DNA of 40,002 nucleotides, taken from positions 1 through 40,002 of IMG/VR virus record IMGVR_UViG_3300033052_000037; one strand, 5' to 3'. Positions 1 through 6,645 of this stretch are shown one piece after another (the first letter of the stretch is position 1; each line of letters starts with the position of its first letter). Source of the DNA: a virus. The position numbers were made by a program, and so were the translations under genes. The notes beneath the pieces are model-generated. The model had not been told where the DNA came from. It saw only the letters and a program-made list of their open reading frames with translations, and did no database searches.

Positions 1-239
1 TCCAAACGGCGACCTAGCCCCGGACCAGCTCGACACACATGTCTGCATCCAGTACAAGTTGCCGGGCAAAGACACAGATGGCGAAGATGCACCCGCCGGC
101 CTCTACTGCTGGCTCCAGGAGTACCCGGAGGAAGGTAGCCTCTGCATCGATGCCCCGTGGGCGTTCGGCCCCGAAGACTTCAACCTCCACCGCCACCTCC
201 AGAGGCAGCGCGCCTTCAGCGAACGCAACTTCGGCCCCG
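1..239. repeat. Terminal overlap copy 1, identical to 39764-40002 (circular or terminally redundant genome)
   Basis: Base-by-base comparison of both window ends. The ORF-track peptide at 39777..39959(-) equals the C-terminus of 14..493(-), offset 39,763. Confidence 0.95.
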
Positions 240-499
240 GCATGCGCACCCAGGGCGTGGTGGACCACATCCGCAAAGAGCTGATCGAGGTGCTGGCCAA
301 CCCACAGGATCTGAGCGAGTGGATCGACGTCGCCATCCTGGCGCTCGACGGCGCCTGGCGCACCGGCGCCACGCCGGCGCAGATCATCGCCGCCCTGGTG
401 GCCAAGCAAGACAAGAACGAAGCCCGCAACTGGCCCGATTGGCGCACCGCGCCGCCTGACCAGGCCATTGAGCACGTCCGCACCGGAGAGCAATCATGA
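1..499 (+). CDS. MazG-like / DUF550-type nucleotide pyrophosphohydrolase, 3' part of the wrap-around gene
   Basis: The C-terminal half (GVVDHIRKELIEVLANPQDLSEWIDVAILALDGAWRTG...NEARNWPDW) resembles phage DUF550/MazG-like dNTP pyrophosphohydrolases. Recognised by eye. Confidence 0.55.
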   Translation, partial: PNGDLAPDQLDTHVCIQYKLPGKDTDGEDAPAGLYCWLQEYPEEGSLCIDAPWAFGPEDFNLHRHLQRQRAFSERNFGPGMRTQGVVDHIRKELIEVLANPQDLSEWIDVAILALDGAWRTGATPAQIIAALVAKQDKNEARNWPDWRTAPPDQAIEHVRTGEQS

Positions 500-978
500 G
501 CTGCAGCCACAAACCCCGCAAGGCATACCGCCCGCGCCCCAGCGCCCGTGCTGCCAAGCCCGCACAGGCAGACCGCGAAGAGGTGCTGGGCATCCTTCAA
601 GACGCCATCAAGGCCCTGCGCGAAGGCGTGGCCACCGAGCTGCAGTGGTCCATTGCAGACGGCGCGCTGGAAGTGTCCAAGGCCATTGAGCACCAGGGCA
701 TCGTGCGCGGCCTGGCAGAGCACCTGGCCACCACCAGCACCGCCCTGCTGGCCATCTACGACCGCGCCATGGCCACCGGCACCTGGCGCAGCACCGCCCT
801 GTGGTACTACGAGCTGGACGCGCTGCAGACCTTCCTTGATCTGCACACCTTCCAGGTGCACCAGCTCGGCCGCGCCGAGTTCCTGGCCGCCGTCGACGGC
901 GCCACCAACCAGGTGCGCCGGCAGGGCGGCAATGTCACGGTGGTGCGGGGCGACCTGCAGGAGGTTGCCGCAGCATGA
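496..978 (+). CDS. Hypothetical early protein
   Basis: 160-aa ORF. ATGA overlap with the upstream stop and with the next gene. High-GC third-position pattern. Confidence 0.6.
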   Translation: MSCSHKPRKAYRPRPSARAAKPAQADREEVLGILQDAIKALREGVATELQWSIADGALEVSKAIEHQGIVRGLAEHLATTSTALLAIYDRAMATGTWRSTALWYYELDALQTFLDLHTFQVHQLGRAEFLAAVDGATNQVRRQGGNVTVVRGDLQEVAAA

Positions 979-1733
979 CCACCATCTGCACATCCATGGC
1001 CGCACGCGGGCTGCGCCCGGTGGCCGAGCTGGCACAGAACCGCCAGCATGGCGATCGGCTCCGCTACATGGCGGGTTGCCGCTGCCAGCAATGCCGCGGC
1101 GCCAACACTGCCTATGAACGCGCCCGCGCCCTTGCACGCAAGGCGGGGGAATGGAACGGCCTTGTCAGTGCCGATCAGGCCAGGGCGCACATCGCACACC
1201 TGTCAAGCCGCCATGTCGGCCGCAGGACCATCGGCCAGGTGGCCGACGTGTCAGACACAGTCCTCAGCAAGATCATCTCTGGCGAAAAGACCAAGATCCG
1301 CGCCGCCACCGATCGCGCCATCCTGGCGGTTACCGAGGCAGCAGCTGCAGACCATGCCCTCATCCCCGATGGCCCCACCTGGAAGCTGCTGGACGAACTC
1401 ATCGCCAGCGGCTACACCAAGGCCGCGCTGGCCCAGCAGCTTGGCGCCAAGACACGCGCGCTGCAGATCGGCCGCCACCAGGTGACCGTCAGGAACGCCT
1501 ACGAGGTGCAGCGACTGCATGAGCGCCTGCGCATGGTCCAGGCCGGGCCGAGCCTGCGGCTCATCAACGAGCTGCGTGAGGAAGGCTTCCGCCAGGCCGT
1601 GATCGAGCAACGCGTCGCCGATCTGGCTGCCCAGCTCGGCCTCCCCACGCCAGACCTGACCGTGCGCAACGGCCAAATCCAGGAGCGCGCCGCGCGCCTG
1701 CTTGAGCGTGTACACGCAAATCTGACGGAGTAA
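975..1733 (+). CDS. Hypothetical protein, possibly DNA-binding (GCRCxxCR motif near the N-terminus)
   Basis: 252-aa ORF, ATGA-coupled to the upstream gene. Confidence 0.6.
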   Translation: MTTICTSMAARGLRPVAELAQNRQHGDRLRYMAGCRCQQCRGANTAYERARALARKAGEWNGLVSADQARAHIAHLSSRHVGRRTIGQVADVSDTVLSKIISGEKTKIRAATDRAILAVTEAAAADHALIPDGPTWKLLDELIASGYTKAALAQQLGAKTRALQIGRHQVTVRNAYEVQRLHERLRMVQAGPSLRLINELREEGFRQAVIEQRVADLAAQLGLPTPDLTVRNGQIQERAARLLERVHANLTE

Positions 1734-1770
1734 CGACATGCCACTGCCCTGCCACCAACCGGAGTACACC

Positions 1771-2286
1771 ATGAACGCAATTGAACCCCTGAAACTCACC
1801 CTCCCCACCCTCGGCCACCTGGTCGAAGGCGGCTTCTTCCACGGCGTCTTGCTGATCGACGGCAAGCTCTACGGCGAGGCCACCGGCCCCAAGGCCGACT
1901 GCTTCGTCGAAAACCTGCCCTGGATGAAAACCTACAAGGACGTTCCCGGCGCCACGAGCGACTGGGACGGCTTGGTCAACACGCAGGCGATGGCCAAGGC
2001 AGGCAGCCCGCTGGCCGAAGCCGCGCAGGCCTGCCGCAGCGGCGGCTTCGACGACTGGTATGTGGCTGCACGCGGCGGCCTGCTGCTGCAGTACGGCATC
2101 AAGAAGCTGCTGCCCGAGGCCGAGGCCTTCGAAGAGCGCTTGCACTGGTCCAGCACGCAGTTCTCTCGCTACTACGCCTTCCACCAGCACTTCGACCTCG
2201 GCAGCACCAACACCTTCGACAAGTCCTGGTCTGGTGGTGCGGCGAGGTTCGTCCGCAGATTCCTCCTTGAGTCCTTGATCGCTTGA
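1771..2286 (+). CDS. DGR target protein 1, DUF1566 / C-type-lectin-like fold with C-terminal variable region
   Basis: ATG 1771 is preceded by GGAG. An in-frame ATG at 1738 is also possible. The C-terminus HWSSTQFSRYYAFHQHFDLGSTNTFDKSWSGGAARFVRRF is encoded by VR1. Confidence 0.85.
   Translation: MNAIEPLKLTLPTLGHLVEGGFFHGVLLIDGKLYGEATGPKADCFVENLPWMKTYKDVPGATSDWDGLVNTQAMAKAGSPLAEAAQACRSGGFDDWYVAARGGLLLQYGIKKLLPEAEAFEERLHWSSTQFSRYYAFHQHFDLGSTNTFDKSWSGGAARFVRRFLLESLIA
2155..2262 (+). repeat. DGR variable repeat VR1
   Basis: 108 nt aligned gap-free to TR 3488-3595. There are 11 differences, and every one is at a TR adenine within AAC codons. Confidence 0.9.
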
Positions 2287-2294
2287 GCCCTTTA

Positions 2295-2313
2295 CCCGGC
2301 GCGTAGCGCCGGG
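2295..2313 (+). promoter_or_regulatory. GC hairpin 33 nt downstream of VR1 (8-bp stem CCCGGCGC/GCGCCGGG, loop GTA); candidate DGR target-recognition hairpin and/or terminator
   Basis: Perfect inverted repeat. The same element sits at the same distance after VR2. Confidence 0.7.
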
Positions 2314-2341
2314 CCGATTTTCTTCAACCCCTGGAGCACTC

Positions 2342-2899
2342 ATGAACACTGAAACTACCGCGGCCACGGCCGCATCCATTGCGCACCGCGCGATCAAGCT
2401 GCCGGCCATCGGCACCATGCTGCCTCACCTGAGCGGCGCCTTCTGGGGCGTGCAGCGCGCCCGCCCCAGCTCCGGCCAGGCGGACTACGCCCTGATCGTC
2501 CCGCCCGGCCCCGAGTTCGAGCGCCGCGAGGTGGCCTGGGGCAGCGAGGGCGTGGACGAGCCCGGCGCGGCCTGCCAATGGGACGGCCTGGCCAACACCC
2601 AGGCCCTGCTGGCCAGCGGCAACGATCACCCGATGCTGGCGGATCTCCCGCAAGTGGAAGCCATCGACGGCCTGAGCGGCCTCTACCTGCCTTCGCTGTG
2701 TGAGGGCAAGACCCTTTTCGCCAACGGCTGCGATGCCTTCGACCCGAAGCTCTGGTACTGGCTCAGCACGCAGTTCTCTCGCAACTCCGCCTTCAGCCAG
2801 TACTTCAACCTCGGCAGCACCCTCAACTTCGTCAAGTCCTGGTCTGGTGGTGCGGCGAGGTTCGTCCGCAGATGCTCCCTTGAACTCTTGATTCCTTGA
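2342..2899 (+). CDS. DGR target protein 2, paralogue of target 1 with C-terminal variable region
   Basis: 185-aa ORF with GGAG upstream of the ATG. The C-terminus YWLSTQFSRNSAFSQYFNLGSTLNFVKSWSGGAARFVRRC is encoded by VR2. Confidence 0.85.
   Translation: MNTETTAATAASIAHRAIKLPAIGTMLPHLSGAFWGVQRARPSSGQADYALIVPPGPEFERREVAWGSEGVDEPGAACQWDGLANTQALLASGNDHPMLADLPQVEAIDGLSGLYLPSLCEGKTLFANGCDAFDPKLWYWLSTQFSRNSAFSQYFNLGSTLNFVKSWSGGAARFVRRCSLELLIP
2768..2875 (+). repeat. DGR variable repeat VR2
   Basis: 108 nt aligned to the TR. There are 12 differences at TR adenines, plus one T-to-G change at 2874 at the extreme 3' boundary. Confidence 0.9.
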
Positions 2900-2907
2900 A
2901 CCCTTCA

Positions 2908-2926
2908 CCCGGCGCGCAGCGCCGGG
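2908..2926 (+). promoter_or_regulatory. GC hairpin 33 nt downstream of VR2 (same 8-bp stem, loop GCA)
   Basis: Perfect inverted repeat, paralogous to 2295-2313. Confidence 0.7.
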
Positions 2927-2946
2927 TCGCCACCCATTTTTTGAAC

Positions 2947-3312
2947 ATGGCCCTTCACACCGAACTCCCGATCTACAAGCATGCCTACGGCCTGCTGCGC
3001 CTGTCGCTCGTCGGCAAGGCGAACATGCGGCGCGACTTCAAGCAGTCGCTGGGCACGCGCATCCATGACGAGTGCATCGAGATTCTGTCGCTGATTGCCG
3101 ATGCCAACGCCGCCGGTGACCAGGAACGGCCCGCTGTCCTGCAGGCAATGCTCAGGCGGGTAGGCAAGGTCGAGTTTCTGCTGCGCGTCTGCAACGACGA
3201 GCGGTTGATCCCGACGAAGGTATGGGCCGACGCCATCGCGCTGCTGCAGGCCGTCGGCTCGATGGGTGGCGGGTGGCACAAGTATTCCCGCAAGAAGGCG
3301 TCAGTTGCATGA
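2947..3312 (+). CDS. avd: Accessory variability determinant (Avd-like four-helix-bundle protein)
   Basis: About 121 aa and predicted helical. It has a basic C-terminal tail (WHKYSRKKASVA) and sits immediately upstream of TR and RT. The ORF-track start at 2896 overlaps the target-2 stop, so ATG 2947 is preferred. Confidence 0.75.
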   Translation: MALHTELPIYKHAYGLLRLSLVGKANMRRDFKQSLGTRIHDECIEILSLIADANAAGDQERPAVLQAMLRRVGKVEFLLRVCNDERLIPTKVWADAIALLQAVGSMGGGWHKYSRKKASVA

Positions 3313-4694
3313 AAGCCAAGGTTCTCATGCCCGCACGCCAGTTGAATCTGGACTTGCCCCTGGCCCACGAGGCCACGGATAGGCGCACCACGGATACCGC
3401 TGCCCCAGGGCAGGCACGGTCCGGCGCAGTTTCCGCACTGATCGGCCGTTCTGGCCTTCGGCGCGGCGACGTGACAAGCAAGCACCGACGCAGTTCTCTC
3501 GCAACAACGCCTTCAACCAGAACTTCAACAACGGCAACACCAACAACAACGACAAGTCCTGGTCTGGTGGTGCGGCGAGGTTCGTCCGCAGATTCAAACG
3601 CACCGTGTTCGTTCGAGGCCCTGGTGCAGGCCTACAAAGATTGCCGCGCCAACAAGCGCAACACCGCCAGCGCCCTGCTCTTCGAGCAGGCGCTGGAGGC
3701 CAACCTCTGGGCGCTTTACCAGCGCCTGATCGACGGCAGCTACCGGCCCGGCCGCAGCATCTGCTTCGTGGTGACGCGACCCAAGCCGCGCGAGGTGTGG
3801 GCGGCCGAATTCACCGACCGCATCGTGCACCACCTGTTGTACAACCACATCGCGCCGCGCTTCCACGCCAGTTTCGACGCCGGCAGCAGCGCCTGCATCC
3901 CGGGCCGCGGCACGCTGTACGCGGCCAATGTGCTGGCCGGCGCGGCCCGCTCTATCACCCAGAACTGGAGCCGCCCAGCGCACTACCTCAAGATGGATCT
4001 GGCCAACTTCTTCGTGGCCATCAGCAAGCCCATCCTGCTGGCCCAGTTGGCCAAACGTGTGCACGAACCCTGGTGGTTCGATCTGGCTCGTACCATCCTA
4101 TTTCATGACCCGCGCGCCGACGTCGAGCTGCGCGGCAGCCCGGCCAAGCTGGCCCTGGTACCGCCCCACAAGAGCTTGTTCAATGCGCCGGCGGATACCG
4201 GCCTGCCCATAGGGAACCTGAGCAGCCAGTTCTTTGCCAACGTCCACCTGGACGCGCTGGACCAGCACATCAAGCACCAGCTGCGCGCCCGGCACTACAT
4301 GCGCTATGTGGACGACTTCATCCTGCTGCACGATTCGCCCCAGTGGCTCAACCAGGCACGCTCAGACATCGAGGCCTGGCTCCCCGAGCACCTGGGCGCC
4401 TGCGTCAACCCCAGCAAGACCATCCTGCAGCCCGTCGATCGCGGCATCGACTTCGTTGGCCACGTCATCAAGCCGTGGCGCCGCACCACACGGCCACGCA
4501 CCCTGGCCACGGCCCTGCGCCGCCTGGAGCACATGCCGGCCGAAGACCTGCACACCACCGGCAACAGCTACCTGGGCCTGCTGCGCCAGGCCACACACAG
4601 CCACGCCGACCAGGCGAAGGTAGCCAGGCTGCTGCGCCGGCGCGGGCATGCGGTAGCTGGGGACTTGAGCAAGATTTACAGGAGGACCACATGA
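3309..4694 (+). CDS. DGR reverse transcriptase (start uncertain: ATG 3309 coupled to the avd stop, or in-frame GTG 3567/3570/3624)
   Basis: Motifs LPIGNLSSQFFANVHLDALD and YMRYVDDFILLH. The N-terminal FEALVQAYKDCRANKRN region is of the type seen in the BPP-1 Brt N-terminus. There is no ATG between the TR and the conserved domain. Confidence 0.85.
   Translation: MKAKVLMPARQLNLDLPLAHEATDRRTTDTAAPGQARSGAVSALIGRSGLRRGDVTSKHRRSSLATTPSTRTSTTATPTTTTSPGLVVRRGSSADSNAPCSFEALVQAYKDCRANKRNTASALLFEQALEANLWALYQRLIDGSYRPGRSICFVVTRPKPREVWAAEFTDRIVHHLLYNHIAPRFHASFDAGSSACIPGRGTLYAANVLAGAARSITQNWSRPAHYLKMDLANFFVAISKPILLAQLAKRVHEPWWFDLARTILFHDPRADVELRGSPAKLALVPPHKSLFNAPADTGLPIGNLSSQFFANVHLDALDQHIKHQLRARHYMRYVDDFILLHDSPQWLNQARSDIEAWLPEHLGACVNPSKTILQPVDRGIDFVGHVIKPWRRTTRPRTLATALRRLEHMPAEDLHTTGNSYLGLLRQATHSHADQAKVARLLRRRGHAVAGDLSKIYRRTT
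3488..3595 (+). repeat. DGR template repeat (TR)
   Basis: It carries 10 AAC codons in the VR reading frame. The invariant 3' part AAGTCCTGGTCTGGTGGTGCGGCGAGGTTCGTCCGCAGA is shared with both VRs. Confidence 0.9.
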
Positions 4695-5020
4695 CCTTCC
4701 CCGCCGATCTGGCCAAGCTCTACGTCGAGCATGCTGGCCAACGCTACGAACCCAGCAACGGCACAGAGGGCGAGATCTTCATGTCCGAATGGTGCCGCCA
4801 GTGCGCCCGCGATCGCGCCATGCGCGAGGGCGAGCCCGAGACAGAGTGCGACGACGACGAACTCTGCACCATCATCGCCGCCAACTTCGCCGGCGAGGCC
4901 AAGGAATGGGTCTACGGCACCGACGGCCAACCCATGTGCACCGCCTTCGTCAAGGCCAGCAGCGAGATCCCGGCACCGCGGTGCGAGCACACGCCGGACA
5001 TGTTCGGAGACAACCCATGA
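4691..5020 (+). CDS. Cys-rich hypothetical protein, translationally coupled to the RT
   Basis: AGGAGGA RBS. ATG 4691 overlaps the RT stop (ATGA). 109 aa with CxxC plus further Cys residues. Confidence 0.65.
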   Translation: MTFPADLAKLYVEHAGQRYEPSNGTEGEIFMSEWCRQCARDRAMREGEPETECDDDELCTIIAANFAGEAKEWVYGTDGQPMCTAFVKASSEIPAPRCEHTPDMFGDNP

Positions 5021-5301
5021 CAGCGCCCACCGAACTCACCCGTCAGCAGCTATGCGCCGCGCTGGGTATCAGCGAAAGTACCGTTCGACGCCTGGAGCTT
5101 GATGGGCTACCATTCACGCCCGTCGGCCTTCGGGCCAAACGCTACAACCTGGCCGAAGTGAAGGCCTGGCTCAAGACGCATCAACCATGTCAACCTGGCA
5201 AGATAAACAAGGCCGTCGGCACATCGGCGTTATGGTCCGCGGCCAACGAGTTCACCGCATCCTGCCGCAAGGCGCATCTGCGAGTGATGCCAAGCGCGTA
5301 G
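5017..5301 (+). CDS. xis: Excisionase / AlpA-like HTH DNA-binding protein
   Basis: LCAALGISESTVRRLELDGLPFTPVG..KRYNLAEVKAWL is typical of excisionase-family HTH proteins. ATGA-coupled to the upstream gene. The 3' end overlaps the int start. Confidence 0.65.
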   Translation: MTAPTELTRQQLCAALGISESTVRRLELDGLPFTPVGLRAKRYNLAEVKAWLKTHQPCQPGKINKAVGTSALWSAANEFTASCRKAHLRVMPSA

Positions 5302-6194
5302 AGGCCGAGATCCGCGCCGAGTTGGAGGCCCCGGCACAGCGCGCCACATCGGCCGGCGACGTGCCCATGACCGTGGCACTCGCCCTCTACACCCGCCACG
5401 CCGAGCACCTGAGCAGCGCCAGCACCTCCGAGCACCACGCACGCCGCCTGGGCCCTTGGGCCGAGCGCTACCAGGCCAGCCAGGCGCGCGAGTTCGCCGC
5501 CCACGTCATCAAGGACATGCGCGGGCACTACGCCCCCGCCACCATCAACCGCAGCCTGGCCACCGCCAAGAAAGGCCTGGCGCTCGCCTGGGAGCAGGGC
5601 CTCACGCCAGAGAACTACGGCCTGCGCATCAAGGGCGTGCCCGTCAACAACAAGCGCGAAGTATTCCTCAGCGTCGACCAGGTGCGCGAGATCGCCAGCC
5701 ACTGCACCGAGCAGGCCCAGGCCGCCATCTGGGCTGCACTGCTCACAGGCGCCCGCCGTGGTGAGCTGGTGCAGATCCGCCAGGAACACATCGGCCGCGA
5801 CGAGATCACCATCCCGGCCAGCCATACCAAGACCAAGCGCAGCAAGGTCGTGCCCATCATCCCGGCCCTGCGGCCGTGGCTCAAGTACTTTCCCCTGCAA
5901 CTCAAGGCCGACGGCATCAAGACTGCATGGCGCCGTGCCCGTGTGGCTGCCGGCATGGAGCACGTCAACTTTCACGACCTGCGCCACAGCTGCGCCAGCA
6001 TCCTGCTCAGCCTGGGCGTTGACCTGTACACCATAGGCAAGATCCTTGGCCACGCCAACGTGCAGACCACCCAGCGCTACGCCCACCTGCAGATCGAGCA
6101 GCAGCGAGCCGCCCTCAACAAGCTCAGCAACCTGGTGCAACCGCCGCCCAAAAAGCAAAAATCCCGCGCCACCAAGAAGGCAGCGCGGGCATGA
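5187..6194 (+). CDS. int: Tyrosine integrase
   Basis: 335 aa. C-terminal catalytic signature HDLRHS...LGHANVQTTQRYAH, and an N-terminal arm-binding-like domain. Confidence 0.9.
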   Translation: MSTWQDKQGRRHIGVMVRGQRVHRILPQGASASDAKRVEAEIRAELEAPAQRATSAGDVPMTVALALYTRHAEHLSSASTSEHHARRLGPWAERYQASQAREFAAHVIKDMRGHYAPATINRSLATAKKGLALAWEQGLTPENYGLRIKGVPVNNKREVFLSVDQVREIASHCTEQAQAAIWAALLTGARRGELVQIRQEHIGRDEITIPASHTKTKRSKVVPIIPALRPWLKYFPLQLKADGIKTAWRRARVAAGMEHVNFHDLRHSCASILLSLGVDLYTIGKILGHANVQTTQRYAHLQIEQQRAALNKLSNLVQPPPKKQKSRATKKAARA

Positions 6195-6230
6195 TTTACA
6201 CCGGAAATTACACAGGCTTGTGATTTACAC
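6194..6230 (+). repeat. Three direct copies of A(T/A)TTACAC (6194-6201, 6206-6213, 6223-6230): putative integrase arm-type sites, int-proximal arm
   Basis: Read directly. Two more copies lie on the other side of the core. Confidence 0.6.
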
Positions 6231-6244
6231 AGACCCGAGAAAAG

Positions 6245-6283
6245 AAAAAACCCACGTAAGTCGTTGATTTACGTGGGTTTTTT
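6245..6283. terminator. Bidirectional rho-independent terminator
   Basis: An A6 run, a 9-bp stem CCCACGTAA/TTACGTGGG with a 9-nt loop, then a T6 run. Confidence 0.8.
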
Positions 6284-6285
6284 GT

Positions 6286-6330
6286 TGGTGGGCGATACAT
6301 GGATCGAACATGTGACCCCTGCAGTGTGAA
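6286..6330 (-). other. Putative attP core: 3' portion of a tRNA-Val(CAC)-like gene (anticodon loop to CCA)
   Basis: The minus strand reads TTCACAC-TGCAG-GGGTC-ACATG-TTCGATC-CATGT-ATCGCCC-A-CCA, i.e. anticodon loop, stem, variable loop, T-arm, acceptor 3' strand and CCA. No matching 5' acceptor or D-arm lies upstream. Confidence 0.6.
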
Positions 6331-6413
6331 TGCTATTGACGATCAAGCCGAACCCTCGTTTCCCTCTGGAGAACGCGGCCCTGGCGAGCCTGAAATGGTG
6401 CTGATCGGCAGCA

Positions 6414-6432
6414 AATTACACAGGAATTACAC
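6414..6432 (+). repeat. Two direct copies of AATTACACAGG (6414-6421, 6425-6432): putative arm-type sites, distal arm
   Basis: Same motif and orientation as the copies at 6194-6230. Confidence 0.6.
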
Positions 6433-6645
6433 AGGCCCGCACACCCGCCGCGCCAACTCCAGCACCTCCCGCAGCCGCGCCAGCACGTTGCTCAACTGCT
6501 GCCGGCTCACGCCGGCGCTGTCGGCCGCCACGCTGGGCGGCAGGCCGTCGACCAGCACCAGGCGGGCGCTGGCCATGGCGGCGCCGGCGCGGATGCTGGT
6601 CAGCGCCACCAGGGCGTCGAACTGGTCGGGCGTGAGGGTTCTCAT
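6427..6645 (-). CDS. Small HTH protein (KorA/TrfB-like repressor fold suspected)
   Basis: 72 aa from ATG 6645. HTH-like segment SVAADSAGVSRQQLSNVLARL. The longer ORF-track start at 6744 overlaps the upstream gene. Confidence 0.5.
   Translation of the reverse strand: MRTLTPDQFDALVALTSIRAGAAMASARLVLVDGLPPSVAADSAGVSRQQLSNVLARLREVLELARRVCGPV

Larger units (their letters stand above)
1771..4694 (+). mobile_element. Diversity-generating retroelement cassette: target1(VR1)-target2(VR2)-avd-TR-RT
   Basis: Three copies of a 108-nt repeat with adenine-specific differences, plus an Avd-like ORF and an RT with DGR-type motifs. Confidence 0.9.

Noticed and set aside
103-1137. 344-aa ORF on the minus strand
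   Set aside because: It is antisense to three overlap-coupled plus-strand genes. The product is Arg/Gly/Ala/Pro-rich and low-complexity, typical of shadow ORFs in high-GC DNA. No RBS or partner genes.
1564-2418. 284-aa minus-strand ORF across DGR target 1
   Set aside because: It is antisense to a gene whose frame is validated by the codon-phased TR/VR pattern. Shadow ORF.
3222-3308. Upstream extension of the RT ORF (ORF-track start at 3222)
   Set aside because: It would overlap the last 90 nt of avd in another frame. The ATG at 3309, with its ATGA coupling, is a more economical earliest start.
2155-3595. A CRISPR-like or simple tandem-repeat explanation for the three 108-nt repeats
   Set aside because: There are only three copies. 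Two of them lie inside coding regions in frame, differences are confined to adenines of one copy, and an RT is adjacent. No short regular repeat-spacer periodicity appears anywhere in the window.
5190-6158. 322-aa minus-strand ORF
   Set aside because: It exactly mirrors the integrase gene, which has clear catalytic motifs. Shadow ORF.
6286-6360. A complete tRNA gene on the minus strand
   Set aside because: Only the anticodon loop through CCA is tRNA-like. The anticodon stem 5' strand pairs imperfectly, and no D-arm or 5' acceptor (GGGCGAT) is present. It is interpreted as an attP core fragment.
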